Numbered from the stretch's first letter, positions 19,599 to 31,300 are shown. The stretch is 64,000 nt of DNA from an uncultured Acidobacteriota bacterium (GCA_963804995.1 CAWDSK010000006.1:1-64000), one strand, 5' to 3'. Notes: generated by a model from the letters alone, not told the origin. Made by a program: numbers and translations.

Positions 19599-21689
19599 TC
19601 ACTCGGCGTCGCTCCCAACATCCAAGAAAAGCAACGTTTCCCTTTCTTCATCGCTTTCGAAGCGAAAGCCCCATCGCTTCTCCATAAACTTGAGGAGCTT
19701 AATCCCTCGGGCCTTGATCTGTTCTGGTCCCCATGATTCGCTTCGAGAGACTTCGATTTCCGAGTGGGAGCCATCTGTATAGCCGTTCCTGAGCTTTTCA
19801 CCGGCAGCGTTGCACTTCACCCGTTTCTTCTCATTGAAGCTGTCATTCTGGAGAGATGCATTGATGGACATCGAGAGCACCAGGAGATTACCGAGCGTCG
19901 CATTGTAATACTTCCGGCGCTCAGGTTCGATGTTGGCAAACTGCTCTGCCCACTCGGCAGTTTCCGTCTGAGGATAGATGTGCTCGATGGAAATTCTGTC
20001 GTTTTCAATCTTTTGCAGGTCAGCCCAATCGACCTTTTTTTGGCGACTCTCAGACAAAAGGCTGCTCTCATATTCAAACAGGAAATATCGCAATGCCGAC
20101 CAACCGTAGTAGCCGCTCCCGCTCTTGAATTTCTTGAGAAGGAGATTGTAGAAGTAACTGCTCAAGAACGTCCCGTCTTCATTGAAAGTGTAGGACAACC
20201 TTTCATCCAATTTTTCTGCAATCGTTGTGAGGCCGATCTCGCCGTGGTCGACCGCCCTAGCAAGATTGTAAAACTCGCTGTTCCCGTAACTTGCCATTGA
20301 GAAGTTCAGGCGAAACGCGATGAAAATGAATCGTTCGATCTGCTGAAAGATCTGGATGCGTGCGTCCACGCTCTTCTCATTCTTGAGGATAGCCATTACG
20401 AGCGGTCTGAAATATCCCATGTTAATGCGGTTAAGCCTTTCGATCCACTGCCGCTCATACGGACCCATACCGTTAGCGAGATCTGGATAGAACGAATTGA
20501 ACCAATAAACGGAAGACTCCTTCAGACTGTTCACATAGTCGCGGATTTCCGTCGGCGCCAGTTTTGCTGAGGAGATCGTCTTCATCGCTTCGGCTGGTAC
20601 TGTTATTTCATCGTCCGAGTCCTCAATAGCCTCGTCCGACCGCATCTCCTCGGGTACTTCTAACGGGACCTGCTTTTCGACCTTTTGATGAACCATCGCC
20701 GGTGCGAATTGCTCGTCGAGAAGGAAGTGGATGTAATCGCGGCCCGCCTTGCGGGAATACTTAAAATACATGATCCAGTGAGCTCTCAGAAAATCGTCAT
20801 CATTGAGGGGATGCTTGTTGTTTCTGCCTAACTGGTAGTAGACCTCTTTCCATGCGTCGTTGACGGTTTCTCGCAGGTTTCTCCTGGATGCAACGTCTAG
20901 TTCGTCGTCGTTGTAAAGGGTGGTGAGGTAGATCAGTCGATTCTTGAGCAGTTCCAGCTGGGAGAGCGCCTTTCCGCGATTGTTCATCGTCTCAAAGGCG
21001 ACAAATACATCGAATTCGTCCTTAATGATGTACTCATTGAAGAGAAACCGCTTCGTTAGCTTCTTGTAAACCTGCCGGAGCCCCTCGTACTGTTCCTTGT
21101 CGTATAGTTCGCGAAATTGCTCGCTGAAGTAGGTTTTGGCATTGCTCAGATTAAGTGTGTAGAAGGTTTCCTCAATACTCCCCCCACCTTCTTCGCCAAG
21201 AATCCGAAACCGCAAGTAGTCATAGCTTGGGTTGTCTCTTGCGTAGCCGAACTTGTAAGTACGGAATTTGTCGCCTGTTGGCTTGATTTTGAAAAGGAAA
21301 TTGCTTTGCAGTTCGGTAATGTTAAGACTCTCGGAGAGGTAAATTGTGGTTTCCGGCTTATCCTTGAAATCAGGCAGTCCCTTGATGAAGTCCACCAAGG
21401 CCTGAAGGAAGATGACGAAAGTCGTCAGACGCTGCTGACCATCCACGATGTGATAGACTTGGTACGAATGGTCCTCCACCAGCCAGTACTCCTTTTCGCT
21501 GGGGGCGACCGTAGGGACTTCCGCCAACGTGAGCACTCCGGTGTAATGCGACCGGTTTCCGGAAAGATTTATCAAGTCCTCCCAGAAGGCCTTGAGCTGC
21601 TCGTGCCGCCACGCATATCCCCGCTGGTAGTCAGGAATGCGGAATATTTTTTGCTTGAACAATATATCGAGCGATTTGGGCTCGTCCAT
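19599..21689 (-). CDS. GmrSD-family (DUF262 + DUF1524/HNH) modification-dependent restriction protein
   Basis: DUF262 motifs IPDYQRGYAW, VDGQQRLTT and FETMNNRG. HNH-like SIEHIYPQ...LGNLLVL...N. Confidence 0.88.
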   Translation of the reverse strand: MDEPKSLDILFKQKIFRIPDYQRGYAWRHEQLKAFWEDLINLSGNRSHYTGVLTLAEVPTVAPSEKEYWLVEDHSYQVYHIVDGQQRLTTFVIFLQALVDFIKGLPDFKDKPETTIYLSESLNITELQSNFLFKIKPTGDKFRTYKFGYARDNPSYDYLRFRILGEEGGGSIEETFYTLNLSNAKTYFSEQFRELYDKEQYEGLRQVYKKLTKRFLFNEYIIKDEFDVFVAFETMNNRGKALSQLELLKNRLIYLTTLYNDDELDVASRRNLRETVNDAWKEVYYQLGRNNKHPLNDDDFLRAHWIMYFKYSRKAGRDYIHFLLDEQFAPAMVHQKVEKQVPLEVPEEMRSDEAIEDSDDEITVPAEAMKTISSAKLAPTEIRDYVNSLKESSVYWFNSFYPDLANGMGPYERQWIERLNRINMGYFRPLVMAILKNEKSVDARIQIFQQIERFIFIAFRLNFSMASYGNSEFYNLARAVDHGEIGLTTIAEKLDERLSYTFNEDGTFLSSYFYNLLLKKFKSGSGYYGWSALRYFLFEYESSLLSESRQKKVDWADLQKIENDRISIEHIYPQTETAEWAEQFANIEPERRKYYNATLGNLLVLSMSINASLQNDSFNEKKRVKCNAAGEKLRNGYTDGSHSEIEVSRSESWGPEQIKARGIKLLKFMEKRWGFRFESDEERETLLFLDVGSDAE

Positions 21690-21759
21690 AATTGAACTCA
21701 CTGTAGATCTGCTCGTACGTGATGAGTAGTCCTTTCACTTCCTCATCCGCGCAAACAGT

Positions 21760-24567
21760 TTAGACCCGGAAGACCTTCATTACTTCATCGCCCAGGTGGT
21801 TGATCACCTTGACCGCGATGCGGTGACTCTTGGGCTTGTCAAAGGGGCGGGAGGTGTCGCTATGTAGTGTTTCCCAAGCTTCCTCGTTTATCTCCGCCTT
21901 GAGGGTGGTTTTGAGGGCTTTGTAAGGATCGTTGGCGCCGAGGAAGTACGCGTGGCGGACGAAGAAGCTTTCTTCGTTGTAGTCGGTATCAATGAACCAG
22001 CACGCGATGCCTTCGGCGCCGTCGCTGCGCACTTCGCCGCTGTTGGGATGGAACACATCGACACCCTTGATCTTGACGCGAATTTGGCCGGGCTTGGCGT
22101 TTTCACCGCCACCCAACATTTCGATGTCCGGCTCGCCGAAGATGACGAACAGGTTCCCTTTGCCTGTGTTCTTGAGGTCCCCGGCCATGTGCAGGTCGGC
22201 GTTCATGCGGGCCTTGAGCACGGGAATGCGGCCAAGCTTATTGAATTCCGAGGAATGGGCGTCGTAATTGAAGGCGCAAGTAATCAACACGTCAAAACCC
22301 GCGTCCCCGGCCTCGCGGGCAGCGGCTACCAGGTCGGGCCGCGAGACGGTGCCAAACTCGGGACCAATAAAGATGGCAGCGCGCTTCTCGGTGCCCGACT
22401 TCCCATTGCCTTCCACATAGCGCCCTTCTGCGCAAACCAGATTGCCGGGCCAGGGCGAAAGTGAGGTGAACGTGATCTTGTCTTCCTTGTGGGCCTGCTG
22501 AACCCCTGCCACCTTCAAGTTTTCCAGGATCATCTGAACAAAATCTTGCGCCGCATTGTAACCGAGTTTCGAATCGGCAAGAGAGTCAATCAGTTCGTCG
22601 TTCTCGTCCACTCCGAGCACGCGATGCGGGAGGAGACTCTCAACCGTGAACGGGCCGGCGACGCGGACGATTTTGTTGTCTTCGTAGGGTTTGTCATAGA
22701 GGTACTCGAATTCGGCCTTGGCAGCAATAGACCCGTCAATCTGTTTTTGCCTCGAAATTCGCGCTTCCCACCATTCGGAATGCAGTTTTTTGGCTCTCTC
22801 CGCCCACGCATTGTCCGCTTCGCGCGGAATTTCCCATTCCTGCCAGTTCTTCTTCAGTGACGCGTTCAGCTTTTCGCGCAGCGGCTCCAGGACGTCCTGC
22901 CACTTGTCCCAAATCACATCAATCTCGGCATTATTGGCTATAGACTTGAGAGTGATGTGCGGGACACGCTCATAGACGAAGCCGTGGCGGATATTCCCAT
23001 GCGTTGGCTGCGAACTCGGCGCAGTTTTGGTGATCTGCGCTTCCTTGAGTTGGCCCTCACGGGAATCGGCCAGCAGGTAATAGGGATACCGCGCGCCCAT
23101 TACGCGGGCGCGTGCCAGTGCCAGCGCCACGCGCGAGGTGTCAATGGTAATCCAGCGGCGGCCCCAATGCTCGGCGACATAGGCGGTGGTCCCGGAGCCG
23201 CATGTCGGGTCAAGCACGAGATCACCCGGGTCCGTGGCCATTAGGATGCAGCGTTGGATCACTCTACTGTCTGTTTGCACTACATACGTCTTTTGATCTC
23301 CGGTAAACCCTCCAGTACTCAAGTCCGCCCAAACTGAACCTAGGGGCTCTGCCGCGAAGTCTGCCCAAAAAGCAACATAGCGAACCGTTCTGCCCTTGGT
23401 CGCCAGCCGATTTCCCTTCTCCAATCGATTGAGACCTAGTGGGGTTGTCTTCCAGTGGCCATTGGGAGGCGGCTCATATGGCTGACCCCTGAAAGAAAAC
23501 GGCTTGCTTAATGATTCCGAGAATCCATCAGATACCAAAGGGTTCCTTCCGACGAGGCGGAGACTTGCAGGTAATTCGGCTGGGTCTTCCTTTTCCTCAG
23601 CTGTAAGAGCCCTAAGAATTCCTGCTTCGTCAGCGACGTAGTCATAGAAGGTCGTATCCGAGCCCGATGGCTTGGATGCCCTTAATGGAAGTCTGAACTT
23701 AACAGTGTCATGGGACCGTGCGTACCAAAGGACGTGATCAAAATTTCGCTGGATTAGTGCGACTTCGAATCCACCAGTCTTTCGAAAAGTAATTGATGCG
23801 CAAAAATTTCTCTCTCCAAACACCTCATCCATCACTGAACGGACTCGGTGTACGTTGTCATCTCCAATCTGAACGAAGATCGAGCCCGAATCGGTCAGAA
23901 GATCGCGCGCGACGGCGAGGCGGTCACGGAGATAAGTAAGATACGTGTGGACTCCGTCACGCCAAGTATCCCGGAACGCCTTCACCTGCTCGGGTTCGCG
24001 GGTAATGTGCTCGGTGTTCCCATCCTTTACATCACGGCTGGTGGTAGACCACTGGAAGTTGCTGTTGAACTTAATGCCATACGGCGGGTCGATGTAGATG
24101 CATTGCACCTTACCCCGTAACCCCTCGCGTTCGGCAAGGCTGGCCATGACCTGGAGGGAATCCCCAAGAATCATCCGGTTCGACCAGTTCTGGTCGTGCT
24201 GATAGAACTCAGTCTTGTCCACGCCTTTCGGCATGCCATTGAAATCGGCGAAAAGGTCGAGCGTCGTTCCCGCCTCTTCAGTGTTCTCATTGCTGGTGCG
24301 CAGCAAATCGTCAATCAATACCTTGGGGTGGACCTTTTCCTGGATATAGAGCGGAGGAGCGTTCACCACCAGATCCGACCAGTCCTGTTCGTCCTTCCCG
24401 CGCCAGACCAGTTGCGGATCCAGGTCCGTGTTGCGGGGATACCTCACCTCGCGGGGAATCTCCTGCTCTTTCTGAAGCACGGATTGGAACTCGGCAGTGG
24501 GAATGTTCTTCCTCTTGTCTGCGTCGTGCTTAAATACATCGACAGTTTTGGCGAGTTTCTTGACCAT
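21760..24567 (-). CDS. mod: Type III-like R-M adenine DNA methyltransferase (Mod)
   Basis: IYIDPPYG catalytic motif precedes LDPTCGSGTT SAM-binding motif (beta class). Ends in the conserved IAVKVINHLGDE. Confidence 0.9.
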   Translation of the reverse strand: MVKKLAKTVDVFKHDADKRKNIPTAEFQSVLQKEQEIPREVRYPRNTDLDPQLVWRGKDEQDWSDLVVNAPPLYIQEKVHPKVLIDDLLRTSNENTEEAGTTLDLFADFNGMPKGVDKTEFYQHDQNWSNRMILGDSLQVMASLAEREGLRGKVQCIYIDPPYGIKFNSNFQWSTTSRDVKDGNTEHITREPEQVKAFRDTWRDGVHTYLTYLRDRLAVARDLLTDSGSIFVQIGDDNVHRVRSVMDEVFGERNFCASITFRKTGGFEVALIQRNFDHVLWYARSHDTVKFRLPLRASKPSGSDTTFYDYVADEAGILRALTAEEKEDPAELPASLRLVGRNPLVSDGFSESLSKPFSFRGQPYEPPPNGHWKTTPLGLNRLEKGNRLATKGRTVRYVAFWADFAAEPLGSVWADLSTGGFTGDQKTYVVQTDSRVIQRCILMATDPGDLVLDPTCGSGTTAYVAEHWGRRWITIDTSRVALALARARVMGARYPYYLLADSREGQLKEAQITKTAPSSQPTHGNIRHGFVYERVPHITLKSIANNAEIDVIWDKWQDVLEPLREKLNASLKKNWQEWEIPREADNAWAERAKKLHSEWWEARISRQKQIDGSIAAKAEFEYLYDKPYEDNKIVRVAGPFTVESLLPHRVLGVDENDELIDSLADSKLGYNAAQDFVQMILENLKVAGVQQAHKEDKITFTSLSPWPGNLVCAEGRYVEGNGKSGTEKRAAIFIGPEFGTVSRPDLVAAAREAGDAGFDVLITCAFNYDAHSSEFNKLGRIPVLKARMNADLHMAGDLKNTGKGNLFVIFGEPDIEMLGGGENAKPGQIRVKIKGVDVFHPNSGEVRSDGAEGIACWFIDTDYNEESFFVRHAYFLGANDPYKALKTTLKAEINEEAWETLHSDTSRPFDKPKSHRIAVKVINHLGDEVMKVFRV

Positions 24568-24569
24568 AA

Positions 24570-27500
24570 TTAATTCGTCCCGACCGCTTGCGGTGTGGTT
24601 ACCGACTCAATAATTTTGTTGAATTCGCTTTCGACCTTCGCCTTAAAATCGGCCTCCATCTGGTAAACGTCGCCGAACTCCGCAAAAGCCCAGCGGCCAT
24701 ACGTGCCCAGGTTGTTCACCCCCGGCACCCAGTATGTCTCCATGGTGGACTTCTTCTCTTTTGCGTCCTCTCGGCGATAGCCCTTGATTTCGACAATCAG
24801 ATGCAGCAGGTCATCATCGCCGCGTCCATCGTCCACCAGCACGATAAAGTCCGGGCGGTAAGTTCGGGTTTCCGAACCGTAGCGGTAAGGTACTTCCAGC
24901 CAGAGGTTGTGGTTCTTGGCGTAAGCCCTTACCCGCGCGTGGGACTCCGCCACGCGGCAGAATTCCGCCTCCCAGTCGCTGTCCAATATCACCCAATTGA
25001 TGTGGCAGCGCCGGGCGTCGGTTTCCCAGCGGTCAGTCTTTGAGGTATTGAAATTCACATGGATCGTGGAACCCGTGGGATTGTACGGGTCGAGCAAAGC
25101 CTTAATGGGCCTCTTGCCTAACTCGGCTCGGGTAATGCCTGCCGTGATGCGCTCGCAGGCCATATCGGCCAGCGTCTGGTACATGAGCTGCGCAGGGTAG
25201 GTGCCGCCTTTGCACACCAGACACGTATCAAGCCAGTCTTTGGTGATGCGCTTCAGTTGGCCAAAAAGGTACAGCTTCGGTTCCTCGCCGGGATCGCGCC
25301 ATTTGGTGAACAGCAGGCGGTGGGTCAGATGATACAGCAAGGTGGACCGGCGCAAATCACCGGTGTGGATCAGGGTGAGTTCAACACCCTCGCCAATGAT
25401 GCCGGAATTGTGCGTAATCGAAGGCCCCACCAGATCGGGCGTAAGCTCGAGCACGGAGTCTTCATTGAATTCCGCTTTCAGTCGCTCCTCCGGCAATTCG
25501 ACTCGGTAACCCTGAACACGGGGGAAGCGGATTTCCAGGTGGTCGCGATCAGGGCGGACCGCCTTAACGTGAATCGTCTCTCGCGGCAACTGGGGTGAGG
25601 CGATCACCGGCTTGGCGTTGAAATCGAACGGAATGCCCAGGACGTCCGCATATTCAACGTTGAACCGGTCCTCCTCGTTCAGGTCGTAAGATTGCCGGCG
25701 CAGCGCCCGGCCGATGACCTGTTCACAGAGTAATTGCGTGCCGAAAGCGCGCACCCCCAGCACATGGGTGACAGTGTTGGCATCCCACCCTTCGGTCAAC
25801 ATCGAAACGGAAACCACGCATCGGATGTCACCGCCCAGGCGCCCGTACTTGCCGACGGTATTCCGCACCTCGCGGAGTAAATCCTGGTCGCTGATGTTCT
25901 CACCCTGGTTGCGGTCGCCCGTGCGTTCGATAATTTCGCGTCGAAAGCGTTCGATTTCATCGGCCGCCAGGGTGCGAAATCTGTCATCAAGAGGTTCCCC
26001 GGATTCCAGTTGCTCGCTGTCGATCAAGAAGGTTCGCGGGCGCGGAATGGGATTGCCGTGCTCGTCATAGTTGCGGAACAGAGGCAATCGGCCGTTCTCC
26101 AGCATGGTTGAGCCGTCTTCGTTCTCTCGCTGGAAGCCGGAGATATAGTCATAGACAAGTTTGGAGGCGGAGGTATTGTTGCAGACCACAATAAAGCAAG
26201 GTGGAACCTTAATTCCGCTTTGTTGCCACAACTCGAAGGTCTTTGCATAATGCCCATAGAGGGCTTCGAGGGCCGTCTGGAGTTCGACCGGAATGCTGAG
26301 TGGGTCGAGCGCGTTGGCCTTGCCACGCCCCTTCTTAGGCATTTTGTTCCGAATGTGCTCCCAAAGGTTGCGAAATATGGGCATGTCGCTGCCGGGAATA
26401 TTGTCAGCAATGGGCACGCGAGGCAGCTTGACGATTCCGCATTCGATAGCGTCCATCAGGGAGAAATCGCTCATCGTCCAGGGGAACAGTGTGCCCTCCG
26501 CGTAGCCGGAACCACGCAGGAAAAAAGGCGTTGCCGAGAGGTCAAGAATGCGCTCGACGCCCAGCTTGCGGCTGACGATTTCAAGGCCCGAGATCCAGAG
26601 GCGCGCCCGCTCATTGTTCTTTTCGGCTTCCTTCTTCTCCTCTCCCTTTAACTCGCCCTCGCCGTCGGACACAGGCTTTTCGCGATAGCAGTGGTGCGCC
26701 TCATCGTTGATCACCAGAATGTTCTTCATGCCCATCAGCTCGGGCATGACGCGCTGGAGCATCTGCCCCTCGGTTTCCTCAGTAGCGAGCGCCTCACCAT
26801 GGCCCTGGAGAAGCGCCCGACCACCCTTGGACAGCTCCATCCGCTCGCGCAGCTTGAAGGCGTGGTAATTGGTAATGACAATTTTGGCGCGGTCAAGATC
26901 GGCCAGCATGTCGGCGGGGACGAGTTCGCGAGCCTGGTAGTACGCGTCGGGATCGTTCGGTTGGAGAACCCGCAAGCGGTCTCGGATTGTGAGGCCCGGA
27001 GTAACAACTAGGAATCCGCGGGTGAACTTCTTGCTTCCGGGCCTTCGCACGGCGTTAATCGTCTGCCACGCGATCAGCATGGCCATAACCGTCGTCTTGC
27101 CGGCTCCGGTCGCCAGCTTCAGCGCCAAACGCGCCAAGCCGGGATTGGCATCATGGTTCGCGTTCTCCAGGTGACCGAGAAACTTCTTTCCCGCCGCCAG
27201 CGCGGGCGCCACTTCGATCAACCAAACGGCGACTTCCACGGCTTCGACCTGGCAGAAGAAGGGCCGGATGCTGCTGAACGGGTGGTGCCGCCAGTGCTGC
27301 AACAGCCGGGCGGTTTCCGGCGTAACGTGCCAGTCGCTCGGGTCTTTTAATTTGCGCCACGGATCGATGTACTGGCGGAGCTCATTGATGATGGGCGTGG
27401 GGTCGTATTGCTGCGCCTGACTGGACAGACCTTTCCCTTCATCGAACACCATGGCCTTCTGTTCGGCAGCGGCTTTGTGCTTTCGCGCCTTGGGCACGGG

Positions 27501-27635
27501 CACAATGAACTCGGCGCGACGCCGGCTTTCAATTATCCGTTGAGTCGGCTGCCCCAGCGCATCAAGCTCCCAGTGTCGTACAGGGTACTCATAGGGAGAA
27601 TTCAAGATGGGCTTCTTGAAAAAGTCGTTATCCAT
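24570..27635 (-). CDS. res: Type III restriction endonuclease subunit (BPTD_3080-like Res: SF2 helicase + PD-(D/E)xK)
   Basis: Motifs LATGAGKT, NDEAHH, LSATP, MLTEGWD and QVIGRALRR; nuclease YRPDFIV...IVEIKG. Confidence 0.9.
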   Translation of the reverse strand: MDNDFFKKPILNSPYEYPVRHWELDALGQPTQRIIESRRRAEFIVPVPKARKHKAAAEQKAMVFDEGKGLSSQAQQYDPTPIINELRQYIDPWRKLKDPSDWHVTPETARLLQHWRHHPFSSIRPFFCQVEAVEVAVWLIEVAPALAAGKKFLGHLENANHDANPGLARLALKLATGAGKTTVMAMLIAWQTINAVRRPGSKKFTRGFLVVTPGLTIRDRLRVLQPNDPDAYYQARELVPADMLADLDRAKIVITNYHAFKLRERMELSKGGRALLQGHGEALATEETEGQMLQRVMPELMGMKNILVINDEAHHCYREKPVSDGEGELKGEEKKEAEKNNERARLWISGLEIVSRKLGVERILDLSATPFFLRGSGYAEGTLFPWTMSDFSLMDAIECGIVKLPRVPIADNIPGSDMPIFRNLWEHIRNKMPKKGRGKANALDPLSIPVELQTALEALYGHYAKTFELWQQSGIKVPPCFIVVCNNTSASKLVYDYISGFQRENEDGSTMLENGRLPLFRNYDEHGNPIPRPRTFLIDSEQLESGEPLDDRFRTLAADEIERFRREIIERTGDRNQGENISDQDLLREVRNTVGKYGRLGGDIRCVVSVSMLTEGWDANTVTHVLGVRAFGTQLLCEQVIGRALRRQSYDLNEEDRFNVEYADVLGIPFDFNAKPVIASPQLPRETIHVKAVRPDRDHLEIRFPRVQGYRVELPEERLKAEFNEDSVLELTPDLVGPSITHNSGIIGEGVELTLIHTGDLRRSTLLYHLTHRLLFTKWRDPGEEPKLYLFGQLKRITKDWLDTCLVCKGGTYPAQLMYQTLADMACERITAGITRAELGKRPIKALLDPYNPTGSTIHVNFNTSKTDRWETDARRCHINWVILDSDWEAEFCRVAESHARVRAYAKNHNLWLEVPYRYGSETRTYRPDFIVLVDDGRGDDDLLHLIVEIKGYRREDAKEKKSTMETYWVPGVNNLGTYGRWAFAEFGDVYQMEADFKAKVESEFNKIIESVTTPQAVGTN

Positions 27636-28379
27636 GTTCGTCGAAACCGCTCAAGCAAGGAGTAGAAAGGCCAGACAGATATTACTCCGCGACAGCCAAC
27701 TTTGCCAGTCGTTCCGGGGTCGCCATTGCATAGGGGCAAGGGACTCAATTACGGCGGTGGACGGCGCGAAGGCTCACCTGATGAAGAATCTCAGCTTTTT
27801 GTTGTACAGGAGGGCGCGTTTAGAGTTCGACCACACCAACGCCAGGTTCCCCACGTAGAGTCTGGTCGTGACAGCCTTTCCATCCGTGAGTTACTTTCAG
27901 TCGCGCTGCCCACAGACTGGTGATTGTGGGGCGAGGGATTCGGCTTCTCGTATCATTGCAGAATCAGAAGGTTACGGCTAATAGGTGAGGTTTCTGGGCG
28001 GCAAGTCGCGAAATCTACTGACTTCCCCATCAGTAGCACCACTTTAAAATCCCGGTAAATGCTGATCTCCCCACACACGTTTGTGCGAATTGCGTGCGGC
28101 ACCCCACCAGAAGTGTACTCGTGGCCCCACGATTAGCCAGTTCTTCGGATGCGACCTGCCAGTCCCGAGGTCGGTATCGCTCACAACTATTCGAGGAGAT
28201 TCGACGCGGGTACCCTGGTTTCTCCCAGATGCGAGGATAGTCTGCGTGGCGTAAAGCAGCACGACGAGGGCAACTCTCGAACTTCAATAAGCCACCAGAA
28301 GCTGTTCCAGCCGGGCAACGAGGCCCAATGGAGTGGAGGAGCGGCCGGCAATAATGGTCGTCCGTTTATTGCCATGGCT

Positions 28380-31300
28380 TTAACCTGCCTGCGAGAGTAT
28401 CTCGCTGGCGGCCCGCGGTAAATTTCTACCGACAACGATTTCGTCGACCAACCGAGTTGGGACAGAGGAGTATTCTTTCAGGTCATACAATACGGGGTCG
28501 GCAGGGTCATCCGGGGCCAGCGGTGCACTCAAGCCAATTACCAACTGCCCCGCACCCTTTCTCGACAGAAGGATCGGGGCAATGACATGTCCCAATCCTG
28601 GCACATCGAGTTGGGCATTGCGCGTGAATACGACGCCTTCATCAGCCTGCCTTTCTAAGTCCTTGAAGAGAACATCCGTCGAAGCTCTGAGTCTTGCCTC
28701 TGTCCACTTCGGGCGTTCGCCGGTGAGCAGATAACGCAATAATGCTGCGCCCAATAGACGGTCGAGCAATTCGTGTTCAAACTTGTTCTTGTAGCTACGC
28801 AGGCAACGATAGCAGGACCGGTCGCAGTCGCAGCGCTCTAGGATGTCCAATGCTTGCTCGAACACCGGAAGTCCGCTTGCGCCTATTTGCTTTACAAAAC
28901 CGGCCCCCCCGGGGAGGGTGTCATAGAGGTAAATCTCAACCTCTTCGCCGCACCGCCCCAAGGGCGTGAGCGCAGGCCGATATTCCGCCTGAACTTCGGA
29001 TGGTTCGATTCGCAGCGTGCTACATGCTGCCTTTGAGATCGCTTCACTTAACGTCCTCAAGGCAATGTTCGTAGCTAAAAGCGAAGGGGCAAGTGATACT
29101 GGGGATTGCACCCGGAGGGAAATCAGTAGAACATCTGTGATGAAGTCTGTTCCAAGCACGATGCCCTTCGCTGTTCGTCCGCCTTCGCACATTGGTTCTC
29201 GGTCATCTGGAAATGGCTTCTGGTGTGCACTTCCAAGGCCCGGGGTCAAAGTAATAGCAGGCTCAATGCGACCACACAGAGTGCAGTACGAATACCCCTC
29301 ATCTTTGGGTCCGCGGTTCGTGACAAGCAAATGCTCCTTTAGGTGGTGGACGCGAATCCGTTCATTAACTAACGCCCATTTGGACTCATCAGCAGGGGTT
29401 GGGGCGACCAGCCGGGCTCGAAGTTGCGTAACTCTTCGCCGGCTGATCATCTGGAGAAACACCTTCATCTAGGAACACGGGATGGGCAAAACCGGGTGGC
29501 CGTAGCCAGTATTTTGCCTTTCCAAATGTTCCGATGCCGCCACATGCAGGACAATCTCTCGACTCGCCCCTTTCTCCTGCAGTAATCGCAATCGTCCGAG
29601 CATATTGGCAAATATTGCACTCATAGTAGAGCCTTCTGTTTTGCCAAGCTGAAGCACGCTCACGGCCAACTGGTGAATACACCGCGCCTGACGTAAACCT
29701 CTTACTGGCGATCCACACCTCCTTTCCCGGTGCGTATTGTGTGAGCGCGACCGATAGGCCCTGGGAAGGAGTGAACTGAAACTCGGGCCGGAAACGCGTC
29801 GATCTATCTCTGTCGAAAACGTAGAAGGTGGCCACATCGGTGGGAAAGGCGTAGCGCGGCAGAACGCCTTTGTAAAGCAACCGATCGAGTAAGTTCTCAT
29901 TGACCACATCGGCGCATGGAACTTCTTCTCCCTCTTCTGAGGGGACTTCCGAAACTAAAGAATCGTCCTCATCATTCTGCTTTACAGCCGTGGCCGATGA
30001 TGCGGCCGAATCAAATTCGATAGCTTTATCCACTTCGGTCACGGTGTCGGTTATCAGGCCTGTGAGTAATCTCGTGCGGTCAGCGTCGTTCAATTCAGTT
30101 GGAATCCAGGCTGAAACAGCCTGGCGAAGAGCACCCTCGTTATTCTGGAGCCATTCAACGAAATCGGTCCGACTCAGAATAGAGCCGGATGATTTGAAAT
30201 CACTGACCGTGCCGAGGACGGCAAATAAATGCGGCTGGTCTTCCGGCGAGATATCAGGGAGTTTGAATTCGTGGTACTTTTGAAATAAGAACGCCGTGAC
30301 GTGCCTGCGAATGATCTCAACATTATCCAGCGTCAAATGTGGATCTTCCACCGGTCCACGGATCATTAGGTCCGGATTGGTGAAGTAATGCTCATCGTGT
30401 GAGTCGGCGCTCCCAAAGGCTGTTACAGTTGCGATCGCGTTTCCGCGCCGACCAGCTCAACCCGCGCGTTGCTGATAATTTGCTCTAGCTGGCGGCATGT
30501 TACGTAACGAAACTCCCGACAGCGCGCCAATATCAATTCCTACCTCCATCGTTGTCGTGCATGACAGCACATCGATGGCGGGCCGTTCATGGTCGTTGTC
30601 ATCTGGCCCTAGATCAACATCTTGAAACAGCAACTCGTGCTCTTCTGCCTTCGAGAAAACATCCTTTGACTGTGCGTTATTCAATTGTGCTGTGTGCTCG
30701 GCTGCAATGAGTGATATGGGGGGTACGGGTGGGTCCTTGAGCACGAGAACCGTGCTGGAACGATAATAGCCCTTCCTGGCGATGAAAACGGGATCAATAT
30801 TCGGATCGATTGGCTCCGCGGTACCGTTAGCGCAATTCGTGCACATGCGTAGTCCGGGAAACAGACGTTGCGTCGTACGGCATGTGTTGCAATACGCCCA
30901 CTCACCGCCGATTTCGAGAGAAAGTTCGCCCCCCCTGAGGCGGTATTGATTTCCGACTTCTTCAGTAAACTTTTGCAAGAGCTTCGGAAGCCATTCGTTA
31001 GCAAAGGTAACTCTAGCATCTCGGCCACTCACAATATGCTTGAATAAGGTGAAATTTCCGGTGGCATGGGACTTGACGCGAGTCTTCCACCAAGCCTGCG
31101 GCGTCCTTCCAAGCCAAAACCCAAGGCGCTGCCACTGCTTTAACCACAAGCGAACTAATGCCACTTTTTGTGCCGTAGTGTTGGCTACACCAGAGATTTC
31201 CGGGAGATTCTCAATCGCTGTTCGGTGCCGACTCGCCTCCGTAACGGAAGCGAGCGCCAATGCTTCAAGACCGTAGTATCTGTCGGAGAATGTGTCCGAT

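Noticed and set aside
27640..28375. Short ORFs between res and druE
   Set aside because: Probably degraded gene debris; no motif or start signal I can support.
30457..30459. Selenocysteine or programmed read-through at the druE TGA
   Set aside because: The position requires Arg of motif VI, and a second frameshift lies downstream; a nonsense mutation is simpler.
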